Below are positions 1 through 8,573 of a stretch of 64,000 bases of DNA, piece after piece. The notes under the pieces are model-generated. The model had not been told where the DNA came from. It ran no database searches and saw nothing but the letters and a program-made list of their open reading frames with translations. The position numbers and the translations under genes are program-made. Source of the stretch: Candidatus Harrisonbacteria bacterium (GTDB taxonomy: Bacteria; Patescibacteriota; Minisyncoccia; UBA6257; 1-14-0-10-40-38); the NCBI GenBank assembly GCA_023245035.1, contig JAHFLD010000001.1:196002-260001 (forward strand), written 5' to 3'. Each line of letters begins with the position of its first letter. Position 1 is the first letter of the stretch.

Positions 1-1
1 C

Positions 2-940
2 TATCTTGGCTCGCTTAAAACACGCCTCGAACTTCAAGACAAATATAAAGTCTATATTTTGATCGCCGACATCCAGGCGCTAACCGACAATTTTGATAAT
101 CCCAAAAAAGTTAGCGACAACGTCCTGGAAGTTTTGCTGGATTATTTAAGCATTGGACTGGATCCCCAAAAAACCACCTTCGTCCTGCAATCCGCCGTGC
201 CGGAAATCGCCGAGCTCACGGTTTTCTTTATGAATCTGGTTACCCTGGGCCAGCTGGAGCAGAATCCGACGGTCAAAACCGAAATTGAGCAAAAGCGTTT
301 CAAAGGGGGAATCCCGTTGGGCTTTCTGGCCTATCCGGTTAGCCAAGCCGCCGACATCGCAATCTTTAAAGCCAACCTGGTGCCGGTGGGCGAGGATCAA
401 CTGCCAATGATTGAACAAACCCGCGAAATCGTCCGGCGCTTTAATCGCTACTACGGAAATATTCTGGTGGAGCCGGAGGCGATGCTTTCAAAATTCCCGC
501 GTCTTCCCGGCACCGATGGCAAAGACAAGATGAGCAAGTCTCTCGGCAACGTCATCAACTTGTCCGACGACGCGAAAACATTGGAGAAAAAAGTCCGCGG
601 CATGTACACCGATCCGGCGCGCGTCCACGCCACGACCCCGGGCAATGTGGAGGGCAATCCCGTCTTCACTTATCTGGATGCCTTTGACCCCGACCCGAAA
701 ATCGTTGAAGAACTCAAAACCCGTTACCGCAAAGGCGCAGTAACCGACGCCGAAGTCAAAGAGCGCCTCATCAAAACCCTCAACGATTTTCTTGATCCCA
801 TCCGCTCCCGCCGCGCCGAATATATCGATAATAGAGAGGCTCTGATAGAAATTTTAAGAAGCGGCACCGAAAGGGCTCGAAAAATCACCGCCACTACAAT
901 TTCAGAAGTTAAAGCGGCTCTGAGTCTTAAAAACTTTTAA
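2..940 (+). CDS. trpS: Tryptophanyl-tRNA synthetase (5'-truncated by window edge)
   Basis: Frame is open from position 2 (YLGSLK...IADIQALT). Contains [16 protein letters not shown] and KMSKS motifs. Confidence 0.96.
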   Translation, partial: YLGSLKTRLELQDKYKVYILIADIQALTDNFDNPKKVSDNVLEVLLDYLSIGLDPQKTTFVLQSAVPEIAELTVFFMNLVTLGQLEQNPTVKTEIEQKRFKGGIPLGFLAYPVSQAADIAIFKANLVPVGEDQLPMIEQTREIVRRFNRYYGNILVEPEAMLSKFPRLPGTDGKDKMSKSLGNVINLSDDAKTLEKKVRGMYTDPARVHATTPGNVEGNPVFTYLDAFDPDPKIVEELKTRYRKGAVTDAEVKERLIKTLNDFLDPIRSRRAEYIDNREALIEILRSGTERARKITATTISEVKAALSLKNF

Positions 941-962
941 AACCGCGGAAAAATGACGGCTA

Positions 963-991
963 TTGACTATAAATATAAGATTGTTTATAAT
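963..991 (+). promoter_or_regulatory. Sigma70-type promoter upstream of the dehydrogenase/ligase/ThiF cluster
   Basis: TTGACT (963-968), 17 bp spacer, TATAAT (986-991). Confidence 0.7.
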
Positions 992-1111
992 AGCCTCTAT
1001 ATAAAGCCTATATCTCGCTCATTAATTGAGATGAATATAGAAGAAATAAGGCCTCAAAAAAAAGAGCGCCTTTTATCTTGCTATTACGCGAGAAAATAAA
1101 CTTACTACAAC

Positions 1112-2185
1112 ATGGTTGTCGAAGCGGTCAAAAACATCAAAGAGATAAAAGAATTCAACGATCACCGACTCGTCCTTAGATTTGAAGACAAAAAATTGAA
1201 TTTGCGGGGTTTTGTGGCTATTCATAACGACAACCTTGGACCCGCGACCGGAGGCACGAGAATGTTTCCTTATCAAAACGAGAAAGAAGCTCTGGTAGAC
1301 GTACTGCGCCTTTCTCGGGCCATGACTTATAAATGCGCTCTTGCCGGTGTCCGCCATGGTGGCGGCAAAGCGGTAATTATCGGAAATCCTGGAAAAATAA
1401 AAAACAAAGAGCTCCTAAAAAATTACGCTAGAGTAATTAATGAATTGAATGGAAGATTTCACACCGGCGAGGATGTCGGGATATCCGAAGATGACGTTCA
1501 GGTAATGCTAACCGAATCCAAATTTTTTATAGGCCGAAAAGGAATCGCCGGGGATCCTTCGCCTTACGCGGCTTTAAGTACCTTCTATGCCATTAAAACC
1601 GGAATCGCCGAAGTCTTTGGAAGTGAGAATCTGGAAAATCGAAGTGTCGCCATCAAAGGAATCGGTAAAGTTGGCAGTGAATTAATGAGGCTTACCCTCA
1701 ATGAAGGCGCCAAGATTTGCATCGCGGATATCGAATCGGCAAGGGTAGACGCGACACAAAAAAAATTCCCAAAAATTAAAACGGTGGATACCAAAGACAT
1801 ACATCGCCAACTGGTTGATGTCTTATCTCCTTGCGCGCTTGGCAACGACATCTCCCAAGAAAACATTAAAGAAATTCACGCGCGCATTATTTGTGGCGGA
1901 GCCAACAACCAATTGACGAACAATGAAATCGGCGATGAACTTTTCCAGCGAAGAATACTCTATGTTCCGGATTATGTGGCAAACGCTGGTGGTTTAATCA
2001 ATGTAGTCGACGAGCTGGAAAAAGATGGCTACAACCGCGACCGCGTCTTAAAAAGAATAGAAAATATCAAAAAAACCCTTTCAACCATTTATCTCTTGGC
2101 CAAGCAACGCAATCAACCGCCATTCCGCATTGCCGATAAACTCGCGGAAGAAATTTTTAATGGGAATTCCCATCGCCAAAGCTAG
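1112..2185 (+). CDS. Glu/Leu/Phe/Val dehydrogenase (leucine dehydrogenase-like)
   Basis: GPATGGTRM, LSRAMTYK, GGGKAVI, TGEDVG, GIGKVG Rossmann motif, GGANNQL and PDYVANAGG. Confidence 0.92.
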   Translation: MVVEAVKNIKEIKEFNDHRLVLRFEDKKLNLRGFVAIHNDNLGPATGGTRMFPYQNEKEALVDVLRLSRAMTYKCALAGVRHGGGKAVIIGNPGKIKNKELLKNYARVINELNGRFHTGEDVGISEDDVQVMLTESKFFIGRKGIAGDPSPYAALSTFYAIKTGIAEVFGSENLENRSVAIKGIGKVGSELMRLTLNEGAKICIADIESARVDATQKKFPKIKTVDTKDIHRQLVDVLSPCALGNDISQENIKEIHARIICGGANNQLTNNEIGDELFQRRILYVPDYVANAGGLINVVDELEKDGYNRDRVLKRIENIKKTLSTIYLLAKQRNQPPFRIADKLAEEIFNGNSHRQS

Positions 2186-2202
2186 TCACCACTCCAAAAG
2201 GC

Positions 2203-3702
2203 ATGAATATCAAAATAAGAAGGGAAAAAAGAATTTTAAATTTGCTTCATAAAAAGAGTTGGAATTTCTGGGCGAAAGAAAGAGAAAAAAGAGCCCTAAA
2301 GATTTTCCACGAAGCGGCCATACGGGTGCCAGCCTATAAAAATTTCTTGAAAAAAAATAGAATCAACTCAGAACACATTCGGACTTTCAAGGATTTTCAA
2401 AAAGTTCCCACAACCAGTAAGCAAAATTATTTAAAACATTATCCGATTGAGTCGTTGCCCTGGGATGGAACCCTAAAAAAACCGCTCGTCTTCACCTCAA
2501 CCTCTGGTTCCACGGGAAAGCCGTTCTATTTTCCTCGCGGACATCGTTTGGATTGGGAATATTCCATTCTCGCCGAATTTTTTCTTAAAAATAGCTCATA
2601 TAAATCAGGTGGGCCGGTTTTGGTTATTATTGGGTTTGGTATGGGTGTTTGGATTGGCGGTCTGATTACCTACCAAGCTTTTGAGATAGCTGGAAATCGC
2701 GGTTATCCGATATCAATCATTACTCCTGGCATCAATAAAAAGGAAATATTCAATGCCCTCAAAAATCTCTCCCCTCATTATAAAGAAACGATTTTTATCG
2801 GATATCCTCCATTTTTGAAAGATATTTTAGATGAGGCGCCCGATGAGGGAATTAATCTTAAAAAAATAAACTTCCGCGTTCTTTCTGCGGCCGAGGCTTA
2901 TACTGAAAAATTTCGTGAGTACATAGTAAAAAAAGGAGGAATCAAAAATCTATATTTAGACACGCTCAATATCTACGGGACCGCCGACATCGGAGCGATG
3001 GCTTGGGAGACGCCAACCGCCATCTTAATTCGCCGCCTTGCCATGAAGGATCCGCATGTCTTTCAATCTATTTTTTCCAAGATTAACAAAACACCTACGC
3101 TCGCCCAGTACAATCCCTTATTCATCACCTTTGAAGAAAAAGATGGAGAAATTATATTAACTGGAAATAACACCATTCCTCTAATCCGGTACGCGGTTGG
3201 CGATCATGGCGGAATTACGACTTTTTCGGAAATAATCGAAAAACTAAAAAAGCACAAAATTGATTTTTACAAGGAAGCTAAAGCCGCGGGGATTGAAAAT
3301 CACATCACGCAATTGCCCTTCGTCTACGTCTACGAGCGTAATGATTTTTCTACAACTTTGTATGGTCTGCAAATATACTCGGAAACAATTCGCGAAGTTT
3401 TAATCGACGAACCGCTAGATAGATTCCTTACCGGAAAGTTCTCTATGGCGACAAAGTTCAACAATAAACAGGATCAATATCTGGAAATCAATCTGGAACT
3501 AAGAAAAAACCGTCTGGCCAATAAACGCTTAGAAAAACTGGTTCTATCCAAAATTATGTCCAATTTGGAACTCAAAAATTCGGAGTTCAAAGAACTGCAT
3601 CAATATCTTGGCGATCGGGCATTGCCTCGCCTCATATTCTGGCCTGCGGAACACGCCCTGCACTTCAAGCTTGGCGTTAAACAGAAATGGGTTAAAAAAT
3701 AA
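2203..3702 (+). CDS. Phenylacetate-CoA ligase (PaaK)-like adenylate-forming enzyme
   Basis: TSTSGSTGKP P-loop, YGTAD, PLIRYAVGD and VPAY motifs. Confidence 0.8.
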   Translation: MNIKIRREKRILNLLHKKSWNFWAKEREKRALKIFHEAAIRVPAYKNFLKKNRINSEHIRTFKDFQKVPTTSKQNYLKHYPIESLPWDGTLKKPLVFTSTSGSTGKPFYFPRGHRLDWEYSILAEFFLKNSSYKSGGPVLVIIGFGMGVWIGGLITYQAFEIAGNRGYPISIITPGINKKEIFNALKNLSPHYKETIFIGYPPFLKDILDEAPDEGINLKKINFRVLSAAEAYTEKFREYIVKKGGIKNLYLDTLNIYGTADIGAMAWETPTAILIRRLAMKDPHVFQSIFSKINKTPTLAQYNPLFITFEEKDGEIILTGNNTIPLIRYAVGDHGGITTFSEIIEKLKKHKIDFYKEAKAAGIENHITQLPFVYVYERNDFSTTLYGLQIYSETIREVLIDEPLDRFLTGKFSMATKFNNKQDQYLEINLELRKNRLANKRLEKLVLSKIMSNLELKNSEFKELHQYLGDRALPRLIFWPAEHALHFKLGVKQKWVKK

Positions 3703-3707
3703 AATTT

Positions 3708-4850
3708 ATGGATAGTCAAAAACGAGATTGTGATTCATGGCAGCCAATCAAGATTTCTTCGGTTGAGAACGATTCGCTAATCGCCGCGCATCCGGAAATA
3801 TCAATCATCGATGAAAGTAAAAAAAATCTAGAAGAATTATTCTTATTGCGCAACCCTAAATATCGCTTTGATAAAAATTATCAAACGGAATTTGAAAAGT
3901 TCTTCAATCAGCGCAACGCCGAAAATGCGGGGAACTGGTTTTATTTTCCCTGGCTAAACAGCTCGGTTCTTTATTTACCGGAAGACCTGCACCTCGAGCT
4001 TCGTACCGGAAGAAATAAATATCTCATCTCCGAAGAAGAACAATCGAGGTTTTATAATTCCACGATTGCTTGCTTGGGAATGAGTGTCGGCAGCCACGTC
4101 GCCGTGGTGATGGCAATGACTGGTGGGCCAAAGCATTTAAAACTTGCCGACCCAGACACGCTCTCCGGCGATAATCTAAACCGAGTCCGGAGCGGTTTTC
4201 AGAATGTCGGCCTGGCAAAAGCGATAGTGGTCGCTAGGCAAATTTATGAAATAAACCCCTACGCGGTCATTGAACTATACCCGCAAGGGATTACCCAAGA
4301 CACCGCCGGAAAAATATTAGAAGGTGCCGATGTTGTTATCGAAGAAATGGACAATATGTATTGGAAACTAAAAGCCAGAGAATTGGCGCGGGAAAAGGGA
4401 ATCCCCGTGTTAATGGGAACCGATAATGGCGATGGCGCGATTGTCGATGTTGAGCGCTTTGATCTAAATAAAAAACTACCTATTTTAAACGGCTATGCCA
4501 AAGGCTTGAGCGCCGAAAAATTAAAAAGCCTTCCGCCAAAGGATATTCCAAAAGTTGCCGGAAAAATTGCTGGTGCGAATTTGGTCGTTCCGCGTATGCT
4601 GCACTCCGTCTCCGAGGTAGGGAAGTCGCTTTATTCTTGGCCCCAACTGGGAACTGCCGCCAATATGTGCGGTTCATTGCTAGCCATGCTTGCCCGTCGG
4701 ATTATCAACAAAGATAAGAACATCAAATCCGGCCGATATTCAGTTAATCCAGACGCGATTTTTGAATCCGGCTACCGCCGCCGATGGTTTTCCCGCAAAA
4801 TCGCCTTCATAAAATTCATCCGAAAAATGCTGAAGCAGGGCAAGCAATAA
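3708..4850 (+). CDS. ThiF/E1-like adenylyltransferase, Rv1355c/MoeY-like
   Basis: N-terminal WFYFPW...LRTGRNKYLI, LGMSVGSH, LADPDTLSGDNLNR, DVERFD and SWPQLG. Confidence 0.85.
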   Translation: MDSQKRDCDSWQPIKISSVENDSLIAAHPEISIIDESKKNLEELFLLRNPKYRFDKNYQTEFEKFFNQRNAENAGNWFYFPWLNSSVLYLPEDLHLELRTGRNKYLISEEEQSRFYNSTIACLGMSVGSHVAVVMAMTGGPKHLKLADPDTLSGDNLNRVRSGFQNVGLAKAIVVARQIYEINPYAVIELYPQGITQDTAGKILEGADVVIEEMDNMYWKLKARELAREKGIPVLMGTDNGDGAIVDVERFDLNKKLPILNGYAKGLSAEKLKSLPPKDIPKVAGKIAGANLVVPRMLHSVSEVGKSLYSWPQLGTAANMCGSLLAMLARRIINKDKNIKSGRYSVNPDAIFESGYRRRWFSRKIAFIKFIRKMLKQGKQ

Positions 4851-4897
4851 ATAGTATTAAGAAAATTAAAAACTAGTTTAGTGTTATCATAGAAGAT

Positions 4898-5285
4898 ATG
4901 ATCTCTTGCGAAGAGATTGAAAAAAATAGTCGCTGCTTCCATCAACGCCCCATCAGGGAGCAACTCTCAACCCTGGAAATTCAGGGTTTTTAATAATCAA
5001 TTAGAAATTTTGGGATTTCCTGAAAAGGACCACCCGATTCTAAATTTTCGAAATCGTGGAACTTGGATAGCTCACGGAGCTTTAATTGAGAATATCAATA
5101 TCGCCGCAACGGCTTTCGGATATGAAGCCCAGATTCAGGTATTTCCAAATGGAGAGAATACCGGCATTACTGGACGAATTAACTTTAAGAAAACAGAAAA
5201 ACCAAAAGACGAACTTTTTGATTCAATACTCTTAAGAGCAACGAATCGAAAGCCCTATAAAGACAAGATATTAACTGTGAAATAA
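4898..5285 (+). pseudogene. Truncated, frameshifted duplicate of the nitroreductase 5' third
   Basis: ATG at 4898 gives MISCEEIE, then an A7 run shifts the frame relative to IVAASINAPSGSN. TAA at 5283 falls where the intact copy has CAA. Confidence 0.8.
4935..5281 (+). repeat. 347-bp exact direct repeat, copy 1 (copy 2 at 7545-7891)
   Basis: Line-by-line comparison shows identity from gcttccatcaacgccc to ttaactgtgaa at an offset of 2610. Confidence 0.95.
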
Positions 5286-5324
5286 AAAGAAGGCATAAAT
5301 TTGAATATGCCCTCCGGACCTGTT

Positions 5325-5537
5325 TTAGGACGAATCTCTAGTTCCATTAATTAAATCGAGGGACTTTTTATGTCCACGACTTGCCTTTAAAAGTTCTTCT
5401 TGTCTAGCTACTACTTGGATTTTTGCAATACTCATTTGTTTTACATCGCAAAGACAGAACATAGAAAGATCTTCTAATACCGCAGGAAGGATATAAATAC
5501 TCCTATCGCGCTTCTTTCCGCACATGGAACACATCAT
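5325..5537 (-). CDS. Small hypothetical protein with CxxC and CxC (possible Zn finger)
   Basis: MMCSMCG...FCLC. Preceded by a TTGACA promoter, boxA-like TTGTTCTTTAAAA and TAAGGA. Followed by a hairpin and U-tract. Confidence 0.6.
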   Translation of the reverse strand: MMCSMCGKKRDRSIYILPAVLEDLSMFCLCDVKQMSIAKIQVVARQEELLKASRGHKKSLDLINGTRDSS

Positions 5538-5712
5538 GATTAGTGATTCCTTATTTTAAAGAACAAAGCCTTCACGCCTAGACCACCAGACTCAACGGCC
5601 GAGTGTCGATCCATCTAAGGATATATATTTTTAATATAATGTCAAACACCTAGAGAATTTTGCTAATTATCCCTCTTTATTAAGAGGTAGTGTTCTCTGT
5701 CAAAATTCACTC

Positions 5713-6975
5713 TCAAAAAACATCCTTCGGGCCAAAAATCCCAATGAATCTCCTGTCTGGAGTGAGATATTTTCTGTTGGCATTTCTAATGTCATCCACT
5801 GTCAGGGCATTCATACTTTCAATTACTTCTTCAGGGGTTATGAGTCTATCGTAATCAATGAATTTATCTCCCAAAAAATTAAATTTCCCATTCGAAGTTT
5901 CAATGTTTCTTAAAAGAGTATTTTTTATCTGTATTTTTAAATCACCTAAAAGCTTCTCGTCTATCGCAGTAGGTATGTTCTCAAAAACTTCTTCTACTCC
6001 TCTTAAGACCTCGACTGGGTGAATAGTTTTCGTTTTAATCTCCAAATCTCCAGCATCAAGCTGATAAGGAAATCCTGCCCAAGCTCCATATATGAGTCCA
6101 AGCTTCACTCTTAATTTTTGGATCAATGCCGAAATAGATCCAGCGCCAAGATAGATCGCAATTAGCTCAAGGGATAAAATTTCTTTTTGACTTAGTTCAC
6201 TCAACCCAGCATTTGCGAACCCATATATTATTTGGGTTTGATCGCTCTTACGATACTCGTAATATTTTAAGTCTTTGACTATGGGTGAAAAAGGAACCTT
6301 ATCCATTATTATAGAATCTTGATTTTCCATCCATGTCGCAAAATACTTATGAGCCCAATCAACGATTTGAGAGTGACTATAACTACTAGCTACAACTAGC
6401 GCCGAACGATTTGGTACTAAAAACTTTTGACGATAAGCATCCAGGCTTTCTACGGTTGCCCGTAAAACATTCTTTGGATCATTCCATGTATGATAAGAAG
6501 CTGGATGTTGGAAAAAAACTTTATTTTTTAATTTTATACCGGAAAAAGCAAAAGCATCATTAGAATTTCCGGCATATTCTTCAAGTGTTGCTTGTTTCTC
6601 TTTTTCAAGCACTTCAGGGTCCATGAGGGGATTCAAAATTGTATCAGACATGAGATCTATCATGGCTTCGGTTTGATCTCTGCCAATAATAATTGGGAAC
6701 CACATGCGGTGATTGTCTGTATGTCCGTTTTTATATCCACCAAGGCGTTCAACCTGGCCGGCAAGTTCAATGCGACTCGGCCATCTCTTAGTTCCCTCTA
6801 ATAACATATGCTCTAGCAAATGAGAGAATCCCAAATTCTCTGATGATTCATGGCGGTATCCAGACTTAATCCATATACCCAAAGCTGCGACATCAGAATT
6901 GTCGCTTTCGGCAGAAATTATCGTCAAGCCATTTTCCATTCTTGATGATTTATATTTTGTGAGCATGCTCTTCAT
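5713..6975 (-). CDS. M16B (pitrilysin/insulinase family) zinc peptidase
   Basis: Inverted zinc motif HLLEH, ENGLTII and LRVKLGLIYG. Likely start is MKSML at 6975. Confidence 0.88.
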   Translation of the reverse strand: MKSMLTKYKSSRMENGLTIISAESDNSDVAALGIWIKSGYRHESSENLGFSHLLEHMLLEGTKRWPSRIELAGQVERLGGYKNGHTDNHRMWFPIIIGRDQTEAMIDLMSDTILNPLMDPEVLEKEKQATLEEYAGNSNDAFAFSGIKLKNKVFFQHPASYHTWNDPKNVLRATVESLDAYRQKFLVPNRSALVVASSYSHSQIVDWAHKYFATWMENQDSIIMDKVPFSPIVKDLKYYEYRKSDQTQIIYGFANAGLSELSQKEILSLELIAIYLGAGSISALIQKLRVKLGLIYGAWAGFPYQLDAGDLEIKTKTIHPVEVLRGVEEVFENIPTAIDEKLLGDLKIQIKNTLLRNIETSNGKFNFLGDKFIDYDRLITPEEVIESMNALTVDDIRNANRKYLTPDRRFIGIFGPKDVF

Positions 6976-7005
6976 TGTAAACTCATTATTTAATCTTGTA
7001 AATTT

Positions 7006-7043
7006 AAAAAAATCACTCGCCTTATTTTTTATAAGGCGAGTGA
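7006..7043 (-). terminator. Stem-loop/intrinsic terminator between the peptide gene and the M16 peptidase
   Basis: 13-bp perfect stem (7013-7025/7031-7043) with a 5-nt loop, followed by U7 on the minus strand. Confidence 0.8.
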
Positions 7044-7060
7044 AAACCGAGCGAAGTTCT

Positions 7061-7156
7061 CTACTTCGTACGGTTCGGACACGTCGTTGACGTGCAGTCG
7101 GGATCATCGCTGGTGTTGCATCCGGCGTCCCCGGGACCGCTGTAACTGGCAAGCAT
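7061..7156 (-). CDS. 31-aa Cys/Ser/Thr/Asp-rich peptide MLASYSGPGDAGCNTSDDPDCTSTTCPNRTK
   Basis: ATG preceded by SD-like AAGGGGT. Own promoter upstream and a terminator hairpin downstream. Confidence 0.6.
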   Translation of the reverse strand: MLASYSGPGDAGCNTSDDPDCTSTTCPNRTK

Positions 7157-7360
7157 GGTACTTACCCCTTTTCGCTCATCGCGAAAACTCGCATCCTTTG
7201 ATGGCTCCACATACAACACTTCCAAATCCTGAGTTAGGATTTGATGTGAAATGAGGTTATTAGGACAGACGCCTACTAACATCACCGAAGTTGTAAAAGA
7301 ACCACCCCCAAACAGACTCAAGTTGGAGAGTCCAACGCGCAGTCTATCTGTATGAGAGTC

Positions 7361-7388
7361 ATTATACGTTCTCAATAAAATAAGTCAA
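7361..7388 (-). promoter_or_regulatory. Sigma70 promoter for the peptide/M16 unit
   Basis: TTGACT, 16 bp spacer, TATAAT on the minus strand. Confidence 0.7.
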
Positions 7389-7508
7389 GGCCCAAAAAGC
7401 AGCCATCTTTTATAAAGGCACCAAAAAGGCTATAATCAAAGACACAAATACCCATCCATGACCCCAAACTACTCCGCCTGGATCTCTGGAATCTGATATA
7501 CTTCTTAA

Positions 7509-8573
7509 GTGATCTCAAATCAAGAAATAGAGGAAATAGTTACCGCTTCCATCAACGCCCCATCAGGGAGCAACTCTCAACCCTGGAAATTCAGGGTTTT
7601 TAATAATCAATTAGAAATTTTGGGATTTCCTGAAAAGGACCACCCGATTCTAAATTTTCGAAATCGTGGAACTTGGATAGCTCACGGAGCTTTAATTGAG
7701 AATATCAATATCGCCGCAACGGCTTTCGGATATGAAGCCCAGATTCAGGTATTTCCAAATGGAGAGAATACCGGCATTACTGGACGAATTAACTTTAAGA
7801 AAACAGAAAAACCAAAAGACGAACTTTTTGATTCAATACTCTTAAGAGCAACGAATCGAAAGCCCTATAAAGACAAGATATTAACTGTGAAGCAAAAAAG
7901 AGAATTTCTTATATCCGCGCAAGAAATTAATCCAAATTGCGATATTCGTATCACTGAAGATAAATTAGCAAAAAATATTTTAGGCAGTGCAGTCAGTGTT
8001 AACGAGGTTGTAATGCTAGAAAACGAGAAACTGCACCAACTTTTTTTTGATGAAATTGTATGGACCAAAGAAGAGGAATCAAAAAAGCAGAAAGGGTTAT
8101 ATTTAAAAACAATGGAACTAGGTTTTCCGCAGCGCACTGCTCTCCGACTTTTTAAACACTGGTCAATAATGAAAATAGCAAATAAATTTGGTGTGGCAAA
8201 AAAAATCGCAAATGATAATGCAAAAACATATAGCGCCTCTTCAATTATGGGGATAATAATAGTTGATGATACAGATAAAGATTTTATAGATGCAGGCAGA
8301 ATCATTGAGCGACTTTGGCTTAAGGCAACAAATGAAAAACTAGAATTCCATCTAATTACAGGAGTTATGTTTTTTTATCAAAGAGTCATGTCTGATCCCA
8401 AAGGATTTTCCCCGGTTCATATTGAACTAATCAAAAAAACATATAATCAAATTAAAGAAGTTTTCAAAGTGGAGAAAGGGGTCATCGCCGGACTTTTTAG
8501 AATCGGAGAAGACGGAAAGCCAACTGCAAGATCAATAAAATCCCCGCCAGAATTTATAAAAAAGTATGTCTAG
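7509..8573 (+). CDS. Nitroreductase-fold (Acg/Rv1355c C-terminal-like) FMN protein
   Basis: APSGSNSQPW, HGALIENI, R-x-TNRKPY, AGRIIERLWL and FRIG. Confidence 0.85.
   Translation: MISNQEIEEIVTASINAPSGSNSQPWKFRVFNNQLEILGFPEKDHPILNFRNRGTWIAHGALIENINIAATAFGYEAQIQVFPNGENTGITGRINFKKTEKPKDELFDSILLRATNRKPYKDKILTVKQKREFLISAQEINPNCDIRITEDKLAKNILGSAVSVNEVVMLENEKLHQLFFDEIVWTKEEESKKQKGLYLKTMELGFPQRTALRLFKHWSIMKIANKFGVAKKIANDNAKTYSASSIMGIIIVDDTDKDFIDAGRIIERLWLKATNEKLEFHLITGVMFFYQRVMSDPKGFSPVHIELIKKTYNQIKEVFKVEKGVIAGLFRIGEDGKPTARSIKSPPEFIKKYV
7545..7891 (+). repeat. 347-bp exact direct repeat, copy 2
   Basis: Identical to 4935-5281. Confidence 0.95.

Noticed and set aside
1031-1099. 22-codon in-frame uORF before the dehydrogenase
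   Set aside because: No distinctive codon content or attenuator structure, so it cannot be distinguished from chance.
6976-7152. N-terminal extension of the M16 peptidase given in the ORF track
   Set aside because: It runs through a terminator hairpin and overlaps a better-supported peptide ORF. The M16 fold begins near 6975.
4935-7891. Diversity-generating retroelement TR/VR pair
   Set aside because: The copies are identical with no adenine-specific mismatches, and there is no reverse transcriptase in the window.
3708-8573. Classical TOMM/LAP azole RiPP cluster
   Set aside because: No YcaO cyclodehydratase is visible. The ThiF and nitroreductase look Rv1355c/OxzB-like rather than SagC/SagB-like.
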